Notes: generated by a model not told the origin, from the sequence alone. 64,000 nt of DNA from an uncultured Pseudobdellovibrionaceae bacterium (GCA_964611895.1 CAZTDN010000019.1:577-64576), one strand, 5' to 3'. Numbered from the stretch's first letter, positions 19,449 through 30,621 are shown. Numbers and translations: made by a program.

Positions 19449-20459
19449 ATGAAAGCTGGTACTCTCCAAAGCCCCGCGGCGACGCACCATAGCGGTTGGT
19501 CACTCCCACTTCCGAGTGCTCGCCGTTTTGCGGCCAATCCAGGTCGGCGGGATCGTCACTGGGGCGATCGCTTTTTTTTCTGGCTAATGACTCTTGCAGG
19601 AATGAGCGTTTTTGCTCTGCTTGTCTTGATCGGCGTTTATTTGGCAGTGACCGCCTTGCCCACCGTCGAACAATTCGGCTGGAGCTTTTTAATTCGCAAT
19701 AACTGGGATCCAGTAAACGGCGAATTCGGTGCGTTGGCTTTTGTTTATGGAACCATCGTCTCCTCTCTGGTGGGCATGGTTCTGGCGACTCCTCTCAGTG
19801 TCGGGATTGCCCTGTTTCTGAATGAGCTGGCCCCACGAGCAGTTTCTAAAACTGTGGGTTTCTTGGTCGAGATGCTCGCAGCGATTCCCAGCGTGGTCTA
19901 TGGATTGTGGGGAATTTTTGTTTTAGCTCCGTGGTTACGCACCGACGTCGAGCCGTTCTTGGGAAAATACTTTGGTTTTATTCCGCTGTTTCAAGGAGCG
20001 CCTTACGGAGTGGGCATGATTACCGCCGGTATTATACTGGCGATTATGGTAGTGCCCACCATTTCGTCGCTTTGCCGCGAAGTGTTTCGGGCAATCCCGC
20101 GCTCCAGTCGGGAGGCCGCACTGGCGTTGGGGGCTACTCGGTGGGAGACAATGAGCCTTGCTGTCTTGAAATCTTCCAAAACGGGGATTTTTGGCGCTGT
20201 GATTTTGGGGCTGGGCAGGGCTTTGGGTGAGACCATGGCGGTGACGATGGTCATTGGAAACCGCAATGATATTTCTTTTTCGCTTTTTGACCCAGCCCAA
20301 ACCATGGCCAGTGTCATCGCCAATGAATATGCCGAAGCGACGACTAACCTGCATGTCGCTGCGCTCGCGCAAATTGGACTGACTCTGTTTGCTGTTACTT
20401 TTGTGATAAACGGCATTGCTCGTGTTTTCATTTGGCGAGTAAAAGGCAAGTCGCGATGA
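19449..20459 (+). CDS. pstC: Phosphate ABC transporter permease
   Basis: LAAIPSVVYGLWG, REAALALGATRWE, GRALGETMAV. Confidence 0.96.
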   Translation: MKAGTLQSPAATHHSGWSLPLPSARRFAANPGRRDRHWGDRFFFWLMTLAGMSVFALLVLIGVYLAVTALPTVEQFGWSFLIRNNWDPVNGEFGALAFVYGTIVSSLVGMVLATPLSVGIALFLNELAPRAVSKTVGFLVEMLAAIPSVVYGLWGIFVLAPWLRTDVEPFLGKYFGFIPLFQGAPYGVGMITAGIILAIMVVPTISSLCREVFRAIPRSSREAALALGATRWETMSLAVLKSSKTGIFGAVILGLGRALGETMAVTMVIGNRNDISFSLFDPAQTMASVIANEYAEATTNLHVAALAQIGLTLFAVTFVINGIARVFIWRVKGKSR

Positions 20460-21331
20460 AGGCTGTCCAGCTACAAGAATACATGAATGAGAGCTATGCG
20501 AAACGTCGCTGGTTCGATCGTTTTATGCGCTTGGTCTTGGTGGGAGCAGCTGTCGTAGCTCTGGCCCCCTTATTTAGCGTCCTCGCTTATGTAGTGAGCA
20601 AAGGGGCTGCGGGACTGAGCTGGGATTTTTTCACGCAGCTTCCTAAACCTGTCGGCGAGGTCGGTGGCGGAATGGCCAATGCACTGGTGGGTACGTGCAT
20701 TTTAGTCGGGCTGGCCGCGCTGATTGGAATTCCCTGGGGAGTAGCAGCGGGAGTGTATCTTTCGGAGTATGGCCGCACTCGCGTTGCCGGAGTGGTGCGG
20801 TTTGGAACAGATATGTTGGCCAGCGTGCCTTCAATCGTTATTGGGCTTTTTGTGTCCGCGCTTTTGGTCATTCCCATGGGCGGTTTTTCTGCACTGGCTG
20901 GAGGGGTAGCGCTGGGGATTATTATGATCCCTACAGTCGCTCGAAGTACTGAAGAAATGCTGCGTTTGGTGCCAACACATATTCGTGAGGCGGGCCTTGC
21001 TTTGGGGTTGCCTCGGTGGAAAGTGATTTTGCGAATTGTCTTGCGAGGGTGTGTCAGCGCGATTACCACCGGCGTCATGCTTGCGATTGCGCGGGTGGCG
21101 GGGGAAACGGCACCACTCCTTTTGACAGTCTTGAATAACCGATTTTGGCACCAAGGCCTTTCACAACCTATCGCTTCTTTACCTGTGCAAATTTATAATT
21201 ACGCGGCCTCCCCATTTGAAGAGTGGCATGCTCAGGCCTGGTCAGGAGCTTTGGTCTTGGTTTTGCTTGTTTTCGCAATGAACATCAGCGCTCGTCTTTT
21301 TTTTAAGACTGATGCAGTAGGACGCGAATGA
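20456..21331 (+). CDS. pstA: Phosphate ABC transporter permease
   Basis: [27 protein letters not shown]. Confidence 0.96.
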   Translation: MKAVQLQEYMNESYAKRRWFDRFMRLVLVGAAVVALAPLFSVLAYVVSKGAAGLSWDFFTQLPKPVGEVGGGMANALVGTCILVGLAALIGIPWGVAAGVYLSEYGRTRVAGVVRFGTDMLASVPSIVIGLFVSALLVIPMGGFSALAGGVALGIIMIPTVARSTEEMLRLVPTHIREAGLALGLPRWKVILRIVLRGCVSAITTGVMLAIARVAGETAPLLLTVLNNRFWHQGLSQPIASLPVQIYNYAASPFEEWHAQAWSGALVLVLLVFAMNISARLFFKTDAVGRE

Positions 21332-22107
21332 TGGAAGAAAAATCTACGGTCGAGCCGATTTTAAAGGTCCGTTCTCTCAATGCTTGGTTTGGAGAGAGTC
21401 ATGCGTTGAAAGATATCTCTTTGGATATTCCGCCCAACGCAGTTACCGCGGTCATTGGGCCGTCGGGTTGTGGGAAGTCGACTTTTATTCGTTGTTTGAA
21501 TCGCTTGCACGAAGAGGTCCCGTCTGCCGGCGCCCAGGGTGAGGTCCTGCTGGGGGGGATGAACATCTATGGAGACGGGGTGGATCCCGTCGGTATTCGC
21601 CGCAAAATTGGGATGGTATTTCAAAAGCCCAATCCTTTTCCTTCGCTGAGTATTTTTGACAATGTCGTCGTCGGGTTGAGGTTGGCTGGAATTCGGCGGC
21701 GTACCGTATTGCGCGAGATCGTGGAAAGAAGCTTACGCCAGGCAGCGCTTTGGGATGAGGTCAAAGATAAACTCCATGCGCCTGGGACAAGTTTGTCCGG
21801 AGGACAACAGCAGCGACTTTGCATTGCGCGCGCTCTGGCGGTGGATCCCCCGGTCTTGTTGATGGATGAGCCAACGAGTGCGTTGGATCCCATTGCGACG
21901 GCAAAAATCGAAGAATTGATCCTAGATCTCAAGAAACAGGTTACGATAGTGATCGTGACGCACAACATGCAGCAAGCGGCGCGTATATCGGATCGGACTG
22001 CATTTTTTCTGATGGGAGAGCTGGTAGAGTTTGGGGAAACCTCTACGGTATTTACTGTGCCTAAGGAAGAACGCACAGAGCGTTACATCACCGGGAAGTT
22101 TGGATGA
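21328..22107 (+). CDS. pstB: Phosphate ABC transporter ATPase
   Basis: [37 protein letters not shown]. Confidence 0.97.
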   Translation: MMEEKSTVEPILKVRSLNAWFGESHALKDISLDIPPNAVTAVIGPSGCGKSTFIRCLNRLHEEVPSAGAQGEVLLGGMNIYGDGVDPVGIRRKIGMVFQKPNPFPSLSIFDNVVVGLRLAGIRRRTVLREIVERSLRQAALWDEVKDKLHAPGTSLSGGQQQRLCIARALAVDPPVLLMDEPTSALDPIATAKIEELILDLKKQVTIVIVTHNMQQAARISDRTAFFLMGELVEFGETSTVFTVPKEERTERYITGKFG

Positions 22108-22123
22108 GTGAAGGGCTGTCGGC

Positions 22124-22798
22124 ATGAACCAACGACACATTGATGCTGGGTTGAGTAGTTTAAACCAGAAACTCCTTACGATGGCGGGGTTTGTGGAACA
22201 GGCAGTTGAATGTGCAACAGATGCCTGGCGATTTCGCAATATCGCCAAAATTGCGGATGTGTATGCCATCGAGCAAAAGGTGAACAAGGCTCACCTGGAT
22301 GTCGATGCGGCCTGTGTTCAGCTCCTAGCCTTGCAGCAGCCGATGGCTGCCGATCTGCGTTTCATTGTTTCGTGCATCAAGATCAACAACGACCTCGAAC
22401 GTATGGTGGATTTGGCAGTAAACATTGCTAACAACACCGAGTTTTACCTTCAGAACCCGCCTGCCATTCACATTGAAGATCTGTCCCAGATGGCGGACGA
22501 GGTAAGGGTGATGGTGCGTGAAGTCTTGGACGCTTTTGTAAAAACCGATGAACGTTTGGCGCGGCGAGTGCTCAGTCGAGACGATCGGGTCGACGCCTAT
22601 AAACGGAAAATAGTTCAGGATTGCCTGGATGAAATGAAAAAAGACACCAGGGTTACCGAGCAAGGGATGAACCTGATATTTATCGCTAAAAACCTAGAAC
22701 GCATCGGCGATCACGCTACGAACATTTCCGAAGATGTTATTTTCAGTGCTTCTGGTCAGGATATTCGCCATGCCACTGATCAGAAGCCTACCAAGTAA
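22124..22798 (+). CDS. phoU: Phosphate signalling protein PhoU
   Basis: QQPMAADLR, DLERM, LERIGDHATNISE. Confidence 0.96.
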   Translation: MNQRHIDAGLSSLNQKLLTMAGFVEQAVECATDAWRFRNIAKIADVYAIEQKVNKAHLDVDAACVQLLALQQPMAADLRFIVSCIKINNDLERMVDLAVNIANNTEFYLQNPPAIHIEDLSQMADEVRVMVREVLDAFVKTDERLARRVLSRDDRVDAYKRKIVQDCLDEMKKDTRVTEQGMNLIFIAKNLERIGDHATNISEDVIFSASGQDIRHATDQKPTK

Positions 22799-22815
22799 TT
22801 CCGTGTTGAAGAGGA

Positions 22816-23523
22816 GTGGAGATGGGCTCCCAAGTTCTCATTGTTGAAGACGAAAAAGACATCGCTGATTTGATGACCTTGCACCTAAAGCGAGAAGGGC
22901 ATCAAGTAGTGTCGGTCGACAATGGCGAAGAGGCCATACGACTCTTAACCTCATCCTTGTCCCCATCCAGCTCATTTGAGCTGTTGATTTTGGATTGGAT
23001 GTTGCCGGGTTTGTCGGGCCTAGAACTGATAAAAAAGATCCGGACAGAAAAAGGGGCTACGAACGTTCCCGTGTTGATGGTCACAGCGCGTGCGCATACT
23101 TCAGACATTGTTTTAGGGTTGGAAATGGGTGCGGATGATTACCTGACAAAACCCTTTGAGCTTCCAATATTTTTAGCTCGGGTCCGCGCGCTTCTGCGTC
23201 GGGGTAAGGCAGTAACGTCGGCCGAAGAGGTCACTACTTACTCTATGGGTGATCTGCACTTAGACCTCGCTGCGTATCAAGTCACTTGCGGCAAAAAAGA
23301 GCTCCAACTCACGCCAAGCGAGTTCAAACTTCTAGTGGCTTTGGCCAAGAGCCAAGGACGCGTACTCACCCGCGAGCGGCTGATTGACCTGGTGCAAGGA
23401 GAAGGAGTCACAGTCGTAGATCGGGCCATCGACACCCATATTTTTGGACTGAGAAAGAAATTGGGAAAGTGCGCCGACGTCGTCGAAACCATCCGGGGTG
23501 TAGGGTACCGGGTTCGAATTTGA
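22816..23523 (+). CDS. phoB: OmpR-family response regulator, PhoB-like
   Basis: IVEDE, LDWMLPG, GADDYLTKPF, TIRGVGY; position after phoU. Confidence 0.88.
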   Translation: MEMGSQVLIVEDEKDIADLMTLHLKREGHQVVSVDNGEEAIRLLTSSLSPSSSFELLILDWMLPGLSGLELIKKIRTEKGATNVPVLMVTARAHTSDIVLGLEMGADDYLTKPFELPIFLARVRALLRRGKAVTSAEEVTTYSMGDLHLDLAAYQVTCGKKELQLTPSEFKLLVALAKSQGRVLTRERLIDLVQGEGVTVVDRAIDTHIFGLRKKLGKCADVVETIRGVGYRVRI

Positions 23524-23558
23524 GTGTGTTAAGATAGGGGCTCTTAACCTTTGTCAGG

Positions 23559-25253
23559 TTGCAGATGCTCCCGGTAGATACTCTAAGAAAAGTTACCCAA
23601 TGCATCGGAACCCTTTGTGGGGTGATTTTAATTTCTACCTGTGGTTCCTCGACTCAGTGCGAGACGATTTCTGGGACTCAGTGGGTCCCTTCGGTTCCGA
23701 GCGCCAGCGCGTCAAACCACAACTCCGGCATCACTGTCACTTCTTCCACGCAAACAAGTGCTGTCCCGATTATCGGAATGGGGCAGGCCGCCCCATCGAG
23801 TGTGGAAGTCAGTTTTACCATCGACATGACCCAAGACTTGGGGGCTCTGGGTTCGATCACTCTCGTGGCTAAGACGAAGGATTACCCCAGCTCCTTGAGC
23901 GGAGGAGCGTTTCCGATGCTCGTATCGCTGCACGACGGGACGAACGAATACATTAATTTGGCGCGGTCGGGCTCGGGAGGAGACTGTGCTCAGAGCGGCT
24001 ACTTTACCTGCAGCGGCGGCAGTTGTTCTGCCAACTCCGCTTGTACCATTAGCTACCCAAGCGCCTACGCCAGTCGAACACACTGGGAACAACATCAAGC
24101 ACCGAATGTATCAGCGGAGGATTCCCCAAGTACCAATACTTTTCCCACCTGTAATTGGTCCGGCGGGACGAATGGATCGGCAACCCGGCCTTCGTGTGCG
24201 TTTAACTCGACTTTTTTTCCGGGGGCGTATTCTCCAGCGCGTTTGCGTTATGGGGTTTCCTATACGGCAAAGTATGTCTTGGTGGCGGATTCTTATTCGA
24301 CCGTCACTTCCAAAACTGCATCCATCGAGCTGACCGTCTATAAACGCCAGACACCGGCGTCCGCTGCCGCCTCGGCAGGGGCCGTCGATCTCAATATTTT
24401 TCTTGTGGGTGATACCAATGTCCAGGCTTCGCGTACGGCTATCGGGCAGAGGAACCTGAACACACTCGTAAACTCCGTCGGGGATTATTACAATCAAGCG
24501 GGCGCAGAGGTGAAACTGGGGAGTGTGAATGCGGTAGAGTGGGCTTGCGCGACCGGGGGAGAGTCTTATTCCGCGCTCAACGTGAGTAGTTTAGGGACGA
24601 TGCTTAAGGACGGAAGCGCATTGGCTCCGAGTGGCACTGAAGGCAAGGCAGTGAATGTTTTTCTGGTGAGCACTATAACGGATGATACCGATTCCACCGC
24701 TTCGGGTTTTACTATCCTGGGATTCGATGGCGCAATCGGAGCTCCGCCCATTAATTCCACGGCGATCAGCGGGCTTACAGTAGCGACCTTTGATAATCTG
24801 GACAGCTTTAACCCAGCTTGTCCGAGCGAAGATTCTCTTTGTGCCGCGAACGAGCAAGACGCGGATTTCCAAGAGCTCGGTATCGTCGTAGGACATGAGA
24901 TTGGGCACTTTTTTGGTTTGAACCATTTGAGCGAATCGACCGGGGATTCGCACGACGGAATTACCGACACCCCAATCTGCCAGCTGCCGGGTGGTTACTC
25001 TTATATCTCACTCAATGTTTGCTTGAATCATGACACTTCCGTTTACCCGGAGACCGGACAGACATGTAATGCGTCTTGTTCTGGCTACAACTCCAGCACG
25101 GGGACGTTTTGTCCCACGAATGCCGCCTGTAGTTTTAATCACCTGATGTGGTGGACGACCAAGAATTTTCACGAGGCTTCGGGTGCCGGCGATGGCAATC
25201 TGATCACAGCAGATACCGGGGTGGTTCTAAATTACAGTCCTTTTGTTCAGTAA
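23559..25253 (+). CDS. Cys/Ser/Thr-rich extracellular metzincin zinc metalloprotease (M43-like), probable lipoprotein; start uncertain
   Basis: HEIGHFFGLNH (HExxHxxGxxH), DGITDTP, HLMWW Met-turn. Confidence 0.8.
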   Translation: MQMLPVDTLRKVTQCIGTLCGVILISTCGSSTQCETISGTQWVPSVPSASASNHNSGITVTSSTQTSAVPIIGMGQAAPSSVEVSFTIDMTQDLGALGSITLVAKTKDYPSSLSGGAFPMLVSLHDGTNEYINLARSGSGGDCAQSGYFTCSGGSCSANSACTISYPSAYASRTHWEQHQAPNVSAEDSPSTNTFPTCNWSGGTNGSATRPSCAFNSTFFPGAYSPARLRYGVSYTAKYVLVADSYSTVTSKTASIELTVYKRQTPASAAASAGAVDLNIFLVGDTNVQASRTAIGQRNLNTLVNSVGDYYNQAGAEVKLGSVNAVEWACATGGESYSALNVSSLGTMLKDGSALAPSGTEGKAVNVFLVSTITDDTDSTASGFTILGFDGAIGAPPINSTAISGLTVATFDNLDSFNPACPSEDSLCAANEQDADFQELGIVVGHEIGHFFGLNHLSESTGDSHDGITDTPICQLPGGYSYISLNVCLNHDTSVYPETGQTCNASCSGYNSSTGTFCPTNAACSFNHLMWWTTKNFHEASGAGDGNLITADTGVVLNYSPFVQ

Positions 25254-25256
25254 GAG

Positions 25257-25835
25257 GTGTGTATGTTTCACAAGATTTTGGGGGTGTTGGCTTTGTGTGG
25301 CCTGGGTGCCTATGCAGATAGTGCCCCATTGAAAGCTAGGCTGGAAGAGGCCTTGCGTCAGCGAAATGTTCCTCGATCGGCACAGTGGTGGACCGAGCAG
25401 GGGGCTGAAGTTCCCGGGCTCTTGGTACAGATTTATCAGGAGAACAAAGGAATTCGCTCCCGTATTTCTGCGATAGAAGCATTGAGGTTTTTTTCAGATG
25501 CAGACACGGCTGTGTTCTTAAAAAAAGAAGCATTGGGTGCGAGCAACTTGTCGGTGAGGCGCTTGGCATTGCGTTCGATAGCGCTTTCGCAAGGGCTGAA
25601 AGAAAAAGCTTTTTTCCAAGAGGTTTTCAAAGATCCCAATCCACAGATTCGTTGCGCTGCCGCGGAAGCATTAATCCAGCTAAAAACAGAAGAGGCGAAC
25701 GCTCTGGTAACTGAATACCTCGCAAACGAAACAGTGCCCTGGATTCATACGCGTCTTGACCCTCCCAAAAGACGCGGGTTGCATCGACAAGCAGTCCGAC
25801 GAGCGACTCCGCCAGGGTTAGATCCACGCATGTAA
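25257..25835 (+). CDS. Secreted HEAT-repeat protein
   Basis: Signal peptide; RISAIEAL, VRRLALRSI, DPNPQIRCAAAEAL repeats. Confidence 0.75.
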   Translation: MCMFHKILGVLALCGLGAYADSAPLKARLEEALRQRNVPRSAQWWTEQGAEVPGLLVQIYQENKGIRSRISAIEALRFFSDADTAVFLKKEALGASNLSVRRLALRSIALSQGLKEKAFFQEVFKDPNPQIRCAAAEALIQLKTEEANALVTEYLANETVPWIHTRLDPPKRRGLHRQAVRRATPPGLDPRM

Positions 25836-25878
25836 AGGGTATGACAGGCCTTTGCCCTTGGGGTAGTGTTTAGGTCCG

Positions 25879-27654
25879 ATGGCAGCCGGAACGGTAGCAA
25901 AACTTTTTCCCTGGCGTATTTTTTATCGAGTAGCGCTAGTTCAGTCTCTGCTTATTCTACTGGCTCTAGCGTCATCGGGTCTGGTGGCTCGGCAGTTGCT
26001 AAAACGCCAGTTTGTCCTCGAAATCCAAAGTCGAGTAAATGATGTCTTGTCTCTTGTCCTGCAGAGAGTCCCCGCTTCTCCCAATGCAGATTGGTGCAAA
26101 ACCCAATCCCTACCCAGCTCAATTCGCCTGACCTTGATCCGAAAGGATGGCTCGACGGTTTGTGATTCTAAGTCAGAGCCTCAATCTTTGGGCAACTTGT
26201 CCGATAGGGAAGATTTTCAAGCCGCCCTCAAAACCGCACAGATTGCTTTTGATCGATCTCCTGGTTTGTTGTCGGGGGCGCTTTTGCATCCAGCGAGTGG
26301 GGCGGTTCTACGCGCGGAAATTTCGCTTCTAGAACTGGAGCAAACCCTGCGCGTGTTTGATACGAGCTTTGGAATCGCACTGGCGGTAGTGGCGTCCATT
26401 CTGGGTGGTTTGGCGATTTGGCTTGCAAGGCGTTTGGTGTTCCCTCTGGGGCGTTTGATTCTCAAAACGCAGCGACTTGTCTCTCAACAGCCGGAGATGG
26501 TCTCTCGTGATGATCTGACCAAAGAAGTTTTTGATGAGTGGGCAGACTTGGAGTCCAACATCGATCGCCTCAAGCGAGATCTCGCTGCTAAAACGCAAAG
26601 TCTGTCCATGGAGCAGTTGGAGCTGGACACGATCATGGGCGCTATTTCTGACGCTATTTTGGCGGTGGACCCTGAGGGCAATCTGCTTTTTTATAACAGT
26701 CGTTTTGAAGTGCTTTTTGGTAGTGACGCCTTGCGGAGCCGGAACCTCAAACTGTGGGGGATTTTTCGGGAGCCGGATATCTTGAGCACCTTTGAAGCCG
26801 CGCTAAAACAGGGGAGGGCCGGTGGAACCAAAGCTATCTCCCTAGAACAAAACCAGGGGCCCCGTCGTTTTTTTGCGCTATCGGTGTCACCACTCCGAAA
26901 ACAAGATGGCGCAATCTATGGCGCGCTGGGAATTTTTCACGATGTCACTGAACTAAAGTCAGCAGAACAAATGCGCATTGATTTTGTGGCAAATGTGTCG
27001 CACGAGCTGCGCACTCCGCTCACGGTGATCAAAGGGTACGCAGATACGCTCCTGTTGGATTTCAAAGATAAAAACTCTGATGCACTCGAGTTTTTGAACA
27101 GTATCGCCCGCAATAGCGATCGGCTCATGAATTTAATGAACGACCTGCTGGATCTTTCGTCCTTGGAATCTGACAGCATTATCCAGAAAGACGCTATCAG
27201 TACGGAAGAGATTACCCAGCGAATCGTCAAGCAGTTGCAGGGCGCCTTTGATGCAAAGCAGCAACACATCGAAACCACGTTTGAGGCAAAGACTGTGGTG
27301 GCTGACGCCCAGCGACTAGAGCAGGTTTTGGTCAATTTGTTGAGCAATGCGAATAAATACACTCCGTCCGGTGGCGAGATCCGAGTGAACTGGTTGCCCA
27401 GTGGTAGAGACACATTGCTGCAGGTGGCCGACTCGGGTCCCGGAATTCCGGTGGAGCATCACGGCCGATTGTTCGAGCGGTTTTACCGAGTAGACAAGGC
27501 GCGTTCGCGAGAGCAGGGTGGCACAGGATTGGGGCTCGCGATTGTGAAGCACATTATGCAAAGGCATGAGGGAGCGGTTTGGGTGGAAAGCACTCCGGGC
27601 GCGGGAAGCGCGTTCTTCTGTCGTTTTCCCAAAAGAGAAGTTGAAAAAGTATAG
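25879..27654 (+). CDS. phoR: PAS-containing sensor histidine kinase, PhoR-like
   Basis: Two TM helices, DFVANVSHELRTPL, NLLSNA, DSGPGI, FERFYRVDKARSREQGGTGLGLAIVKH. Confidence 0.9.
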   Translation: MAAGTVAKLFPWRIFYRVALVQSLLILLALASSGLVARQLLKRQFVLEIQSRVNDVLSLVLQRVPASPNADWCKTQSLPSSIRLTLIRKDGSTVCDSKSEPQSLGNLSDREDFQAALKTAQIAFDRSPGLLSGALLHPASGAVLRAEISLLELEQTLRVFDTSFGIALAVVASILGGLAIWLARRLVFPLGRLILKTQRLVSQQPEMVSRDDLTKEVFDEWADLESNIDRLKRDLAAKTQSLSMEQLELDTIMGAISDAILAVDPEGNLLFYNSRFEVLFGSDALRSRNLKLWGIFREPDILSTFEAALKQGRAGGTKAISLEQNQGPRRFFALSVSPLRKQDGAIYGALGIFHDVTELKSAEQMRIDFVANVSHELRTPLTVIKGYADTLLLDFKDKNSDALEFLNSIARNSDRLMNLMNDLLDLSSLESDSIIQKDAISTEEITQRIVKQLQGAFDAKQQHIETTFEAKTVVADAQRLEQVLVNLLSNANKYTPSGGEIRVNWLPSGRDTLLQVADSGPGIPVEHHGRLFERFYRVDKARSREQGGTGLGLAIVKHIMQRHEGAVWVESTPGAGSAFFCRFPKREVEKV

Positions 27655-27705
27655 CGATTCCGAATAACTTAGTGATGGCGCGGATTTCCAACCTGGGGAT
27701 ACAAC

Positions 27706-28854
27706 ATGGTCAGCTTTCAGCTTACGGAAGAACAAGAATCCTTAAAACAGATGGTGGCCAAGTTTGTACAAAACGAGGTGATTCCCGTTTGTGCAAAGTA
27801 TGATGAGAGTGGGGAGTTCCCTACCGACGTGATCAAAAAAGCCTGGGAACTGGGCATTATGAACATCACGGTGCCCCAAAAGCATGGCGGCATGGGCCTA
27901 GGAGTTTTGGACGACGTTATCATCAACGAAGAAATGGGCGCGGGTTGTCTCGGGATTACGACGAGCATCGCGGTAAATACATTGGCCTTGTACCCCATCC
28001 TTTTGTTCGGTACCGACGATCAAATCAAAGAATTTATCACCCCCTTTCTCGAAGCTCCTCTGCTGGCTTCGTTTTGTCTCACGGAGCCGGGTGCGGGCTC
28101 GGATGCCGGGTCCTTATCCACAACAGCTCGCGACGAGGGGAGTCATTATGTGATCAATGGTTCCAAGATGTGGATCACGAATGCTGGGCACGCCTCGCTC
28201 TTTTCTGTGTTTTGCACCGTCGACAAGGGCTTGAAGCAAAAAGGAATCATTTGTCTCGCGGTACCAGCGAACACTCCCGGTATCCATTTGGGTAAGGCGG
28301 AGAACAAGCTCGGGCAACGCGCTTCGGATACGCGTGCGATCACTTTCGAAAATGTGAAAGTGCCCAAGAAAAATCTGATTGGAAAGGTCGGTGAAGGATT
28401 CAAGGTTGCGCTGCGGACGTTGGATCGGACACGCCCACCTATCGCCGCGGGCGCTGTGGGAGCAGCTCGTGCCGCTTTGCACCATTCGATCCGTTACGCC
28501 AAAGAGCGCAAGCAGTTCAATCAGCCCATTGCAAACTTCCAGGCAATTCAGTTCATGCTCGCAGACATGGCCACTAAAGTCGAAGCAGGCCGTGCGCTCT
28601 GTTACCGGGCTTCCTCCTTACTGGATGCGGGGCGAGAAGAAGAAGCAAACCTAGCTTCTTCGCATGCAAAACGTTTTTCAGCAGACATGGCCATGGAGGT
28701 TGCCACCGATGCCGTTCAGATTTTTGGTGGGTATGGCTACACTAAAGAGTATCCGGTCGAAAAAATCATGCGCGACGTTAAGCTCGTGCAGATTTACGAA
28801 GGGACCTCGCAAATTCAGCGTGTGGTGATAGCGCGGCATCTTTTGAAGGATTAG
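27706..28854 (+). CDS. Acyl-CoA dehydrogenase
   Basis: FCLTEPGAGSD, NGSKMWITN, QIFGGYGY, IYEGTSQIQR. Confidence 0.96.
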   Translation: MVSFQLTEEQESLKQMVAKFVQNEVIPVCAKYDESGEFPTDVIKKAWELGIMNITVPQKHGGMGLGVLDDVIINEEMGAGCLGITTSIAVNTLALYPILLFGTDDQIKEFITPFLEAPLLASFCLTEPGAGSDAGSLSTTARDEGSHYVINGSKMWITNAGHASLFSVFCTVDKGLKQKGIICLAVPANTPGIHLGKAENKLGQRASDTRAITFENVKVPKKNLIGKVGEGFKVALRTLDRTRPPIAAGAVGAARAALHHSIRYAKERKQFNQPIANFQAIQFMLADMATKVEAGRALCYRASSLLDAGREEEANLASSHAKRFSADMAMEVATDAVQIFGGYGYTKEYPVEKIMRDVKLVQIYEGTSQIQRVVIARHLLKD

Positions 28855-28863
28855 GAGGCATTC

Positions 28864-29640
28864 ATGAATCTATTTGTGCTTTTGAAGCAAGTTCCCGATA
28901 CCGAGACCAAAATCCGAATCACGGGCGACGCCAACGGAATTGAGCAGTCGGATATTAAATGGATTTTGAATCCTTATGACGAATTCGCCATCGAAGAAGC
29001 CATCAAGACTCGGGAGAAGTTTAAAGAAGGCTCTGTCACTGTGGTAAGTGCCGGCCCCGATCGAGTGGTTGAGGCTTTGAGAACGGCTGTGGCCATGGGA
29101 GCGGATAACGCAATTCATGTTAAAACGGATGGTGTGGGAGACTCCTTCCTCATCGCTCGTGCCCTGGCAGAAGTTTGCAAGAAAGAAAACGCCAGCTTGG
29201 TGTTTACCGGAAAACAGGCCATTGACGACGATCAGGCCGCCCTTTTTGGGTACGTCGCTGAATTCCTCGATATGCCATCGGTTTCTGTTGTCGTGAAGCT
29301 CGATATTGCGGCTGACAAGAAATCTTTTCGAGCGGAGCGCGAGGTGGAAGGGGGGACCAAACATTTGATCGACGGTCCTTTGCCTGCGGTGATTGCAGTT
29401 AACAAGGGCATCAATAGCCCTCGTTACGCGAGTTTGCCTGGCATCATGAAGGCGAAGAAAAAAGAAATCAAAGCATACGCGTTAGCGGATCTGGGCTTGG
29501 GCTCTGAATCGCCTCGGACCAAAGATTTAGCCTATGCGTTGCCACCCGAACGAAAAGCAGGGATCAAGATCGCGGGCGATGCTGCGGCTCAGGCCAAAGA
29601 ACTCGTCCGTCTATTGCGGGAAGAAGCTAAAGTCATCTAA
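28864..29640 (+). CDS. etfB: Electron transfer flavoprotein beta subunit
   Basis: KQVPDT, NPYDEFAIEEA, GKQAIDDD, PRYASLPGIMKAKKK. Confidence 0.96.
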   Translation: MNLFVLLKQVPDTETKIRITGDANGIEQSDIKWILNPYDEFAIEEAIKTREKFKEGSVTVVSAGPDRVVEALRTAVAMGADNAIHVKTDGVGDSFLIARALAEVCKKENASLVFTGKQAIDDDQAALFGYVAEFLDMPSVSVVVKLDIAADKKSFRAEREVEGGTKHLIDGPLPAVIAVNKGINSPRYASLPGIMKAKKKEIKAYALADLGLGSESPRTKDLAYALPPERKAGIKIAGDAAAQAKELVRLLREEAKVI

Positions 29641-29650
29641 GGAGAATCGC

Positions 29651-30619
29651 ATGGCAGCCGAAGTCGCTCTTATTGGAGAAGTAAAAGACGGACAGGTGAA
29701 ACGAGTTACCTATGAGATTTTAGGTGAATGCGTTCGCCAGGGGCTCGACCCTGTTGTGCTTTTAGTCGGAAACGGTCTGCCAGAGAGCGTGAAGGGGGAG
29801 TTAGGTCAGCATGGAGCCACTAAAGTCGTATTTCTTGAGCACGCCGATCTTGCTCAGTATTCGACCGAGGGCTATGCAAACGCGATCCATGCGTACCTAT
29901 CCGCTAAGCCTCCCGCGGCGGTGATTACCGGAGCGACGTCGCAGGGGAAAGACTTTTTACCAAGACTTGCCGCAAAGTTTGCCGTGGGCATGGCTGCTGA
30001 CTGCACCGAATTCAAAGTCGACGGCGCTGCTTTTTCGATTCGTCGACCGGTTTACGCGGGCAAGTGTTCCAAGGCAGTGCAGTTTTTGAAGGCCCCGGCC
30101 GTTTTCTCGGTTCGGCCCAATGTGTTGGCGGTTCAGTCCGCGGGAAAAACCGCCACCATCGAAAAAGCAGCTGCGAACCCAGGAAAAATTCGGGCCAAAA
30201 TCGCCGAAGTCAAAGCCTCAGCAGCCAAGAAAGTCGAGCTGACCGAAGCGGATGTGATTATTTCCGGTGGCCGTTCGTTGAAGAATTCAGACAACTTCAA
30301 AATCTTGTTTGAGTGTGCTGACACCATCGGCGCTGCGGTGGGAGCGAGCCGCGCCGCGGTGGACGCTGGGTATGCTTCGCACGATATGCAAGTGGGTCAG
30401 ACGGGGAAAACCGTCAGTCCGAAGCTTTATGTGGCGTGCGGAATTTCTGGGGCGATTCAGCATTTGGCAGGCATGCGCACTTCAAAAGTCATCGTAGCCA
30501 TCAATAAAGATCCCGAGGCGCCTATTTTTTCAAAAGCGGACTATGGGATTGTGGGTGATCTCTTCGAAGTGGTCCCTGCGCTCACCCAAGAGCTCAAAGC
30601 GCTTAAATCCAAGTCCTAA
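29651..30619 (+). CDS. etfA: Electron transfer flavoprotein alpha subunit
   Basis: GASRAAVD, QVGQTGK, GISGAIQHLAGM, INKDPEAPIF; GGAG RBS. Confidence 0.96.
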   Translation: MAAEVALIGEVKDGQVKRVTYEILGECVRQGLDPVVLLVGNGLPESVKGELGQHGATKVVFLEHADLAQYSTEGYANAIHAYLSAKPPAAVITGATSQGKDFLPRLAAKFAVGMAADCTEFKVDGAAFSIRRPVYAGKCSKAVQFLKAPAVFSVRPNVLAVQSAGKTATIEKAAANPGKIRAKIAEVKASAAKKVELTEADVIISGGRSLKNSDNFKILFECADTIGAAVGASRAAVDAGYASHDMQVGQTGKTVSPKLYVACGISGAIQHLAGMRTSKVIVAINKDPEAPIFSKADYGIVGDLFEVVPALTQELKALKSKS

Positions 30620-30621
30620 CC

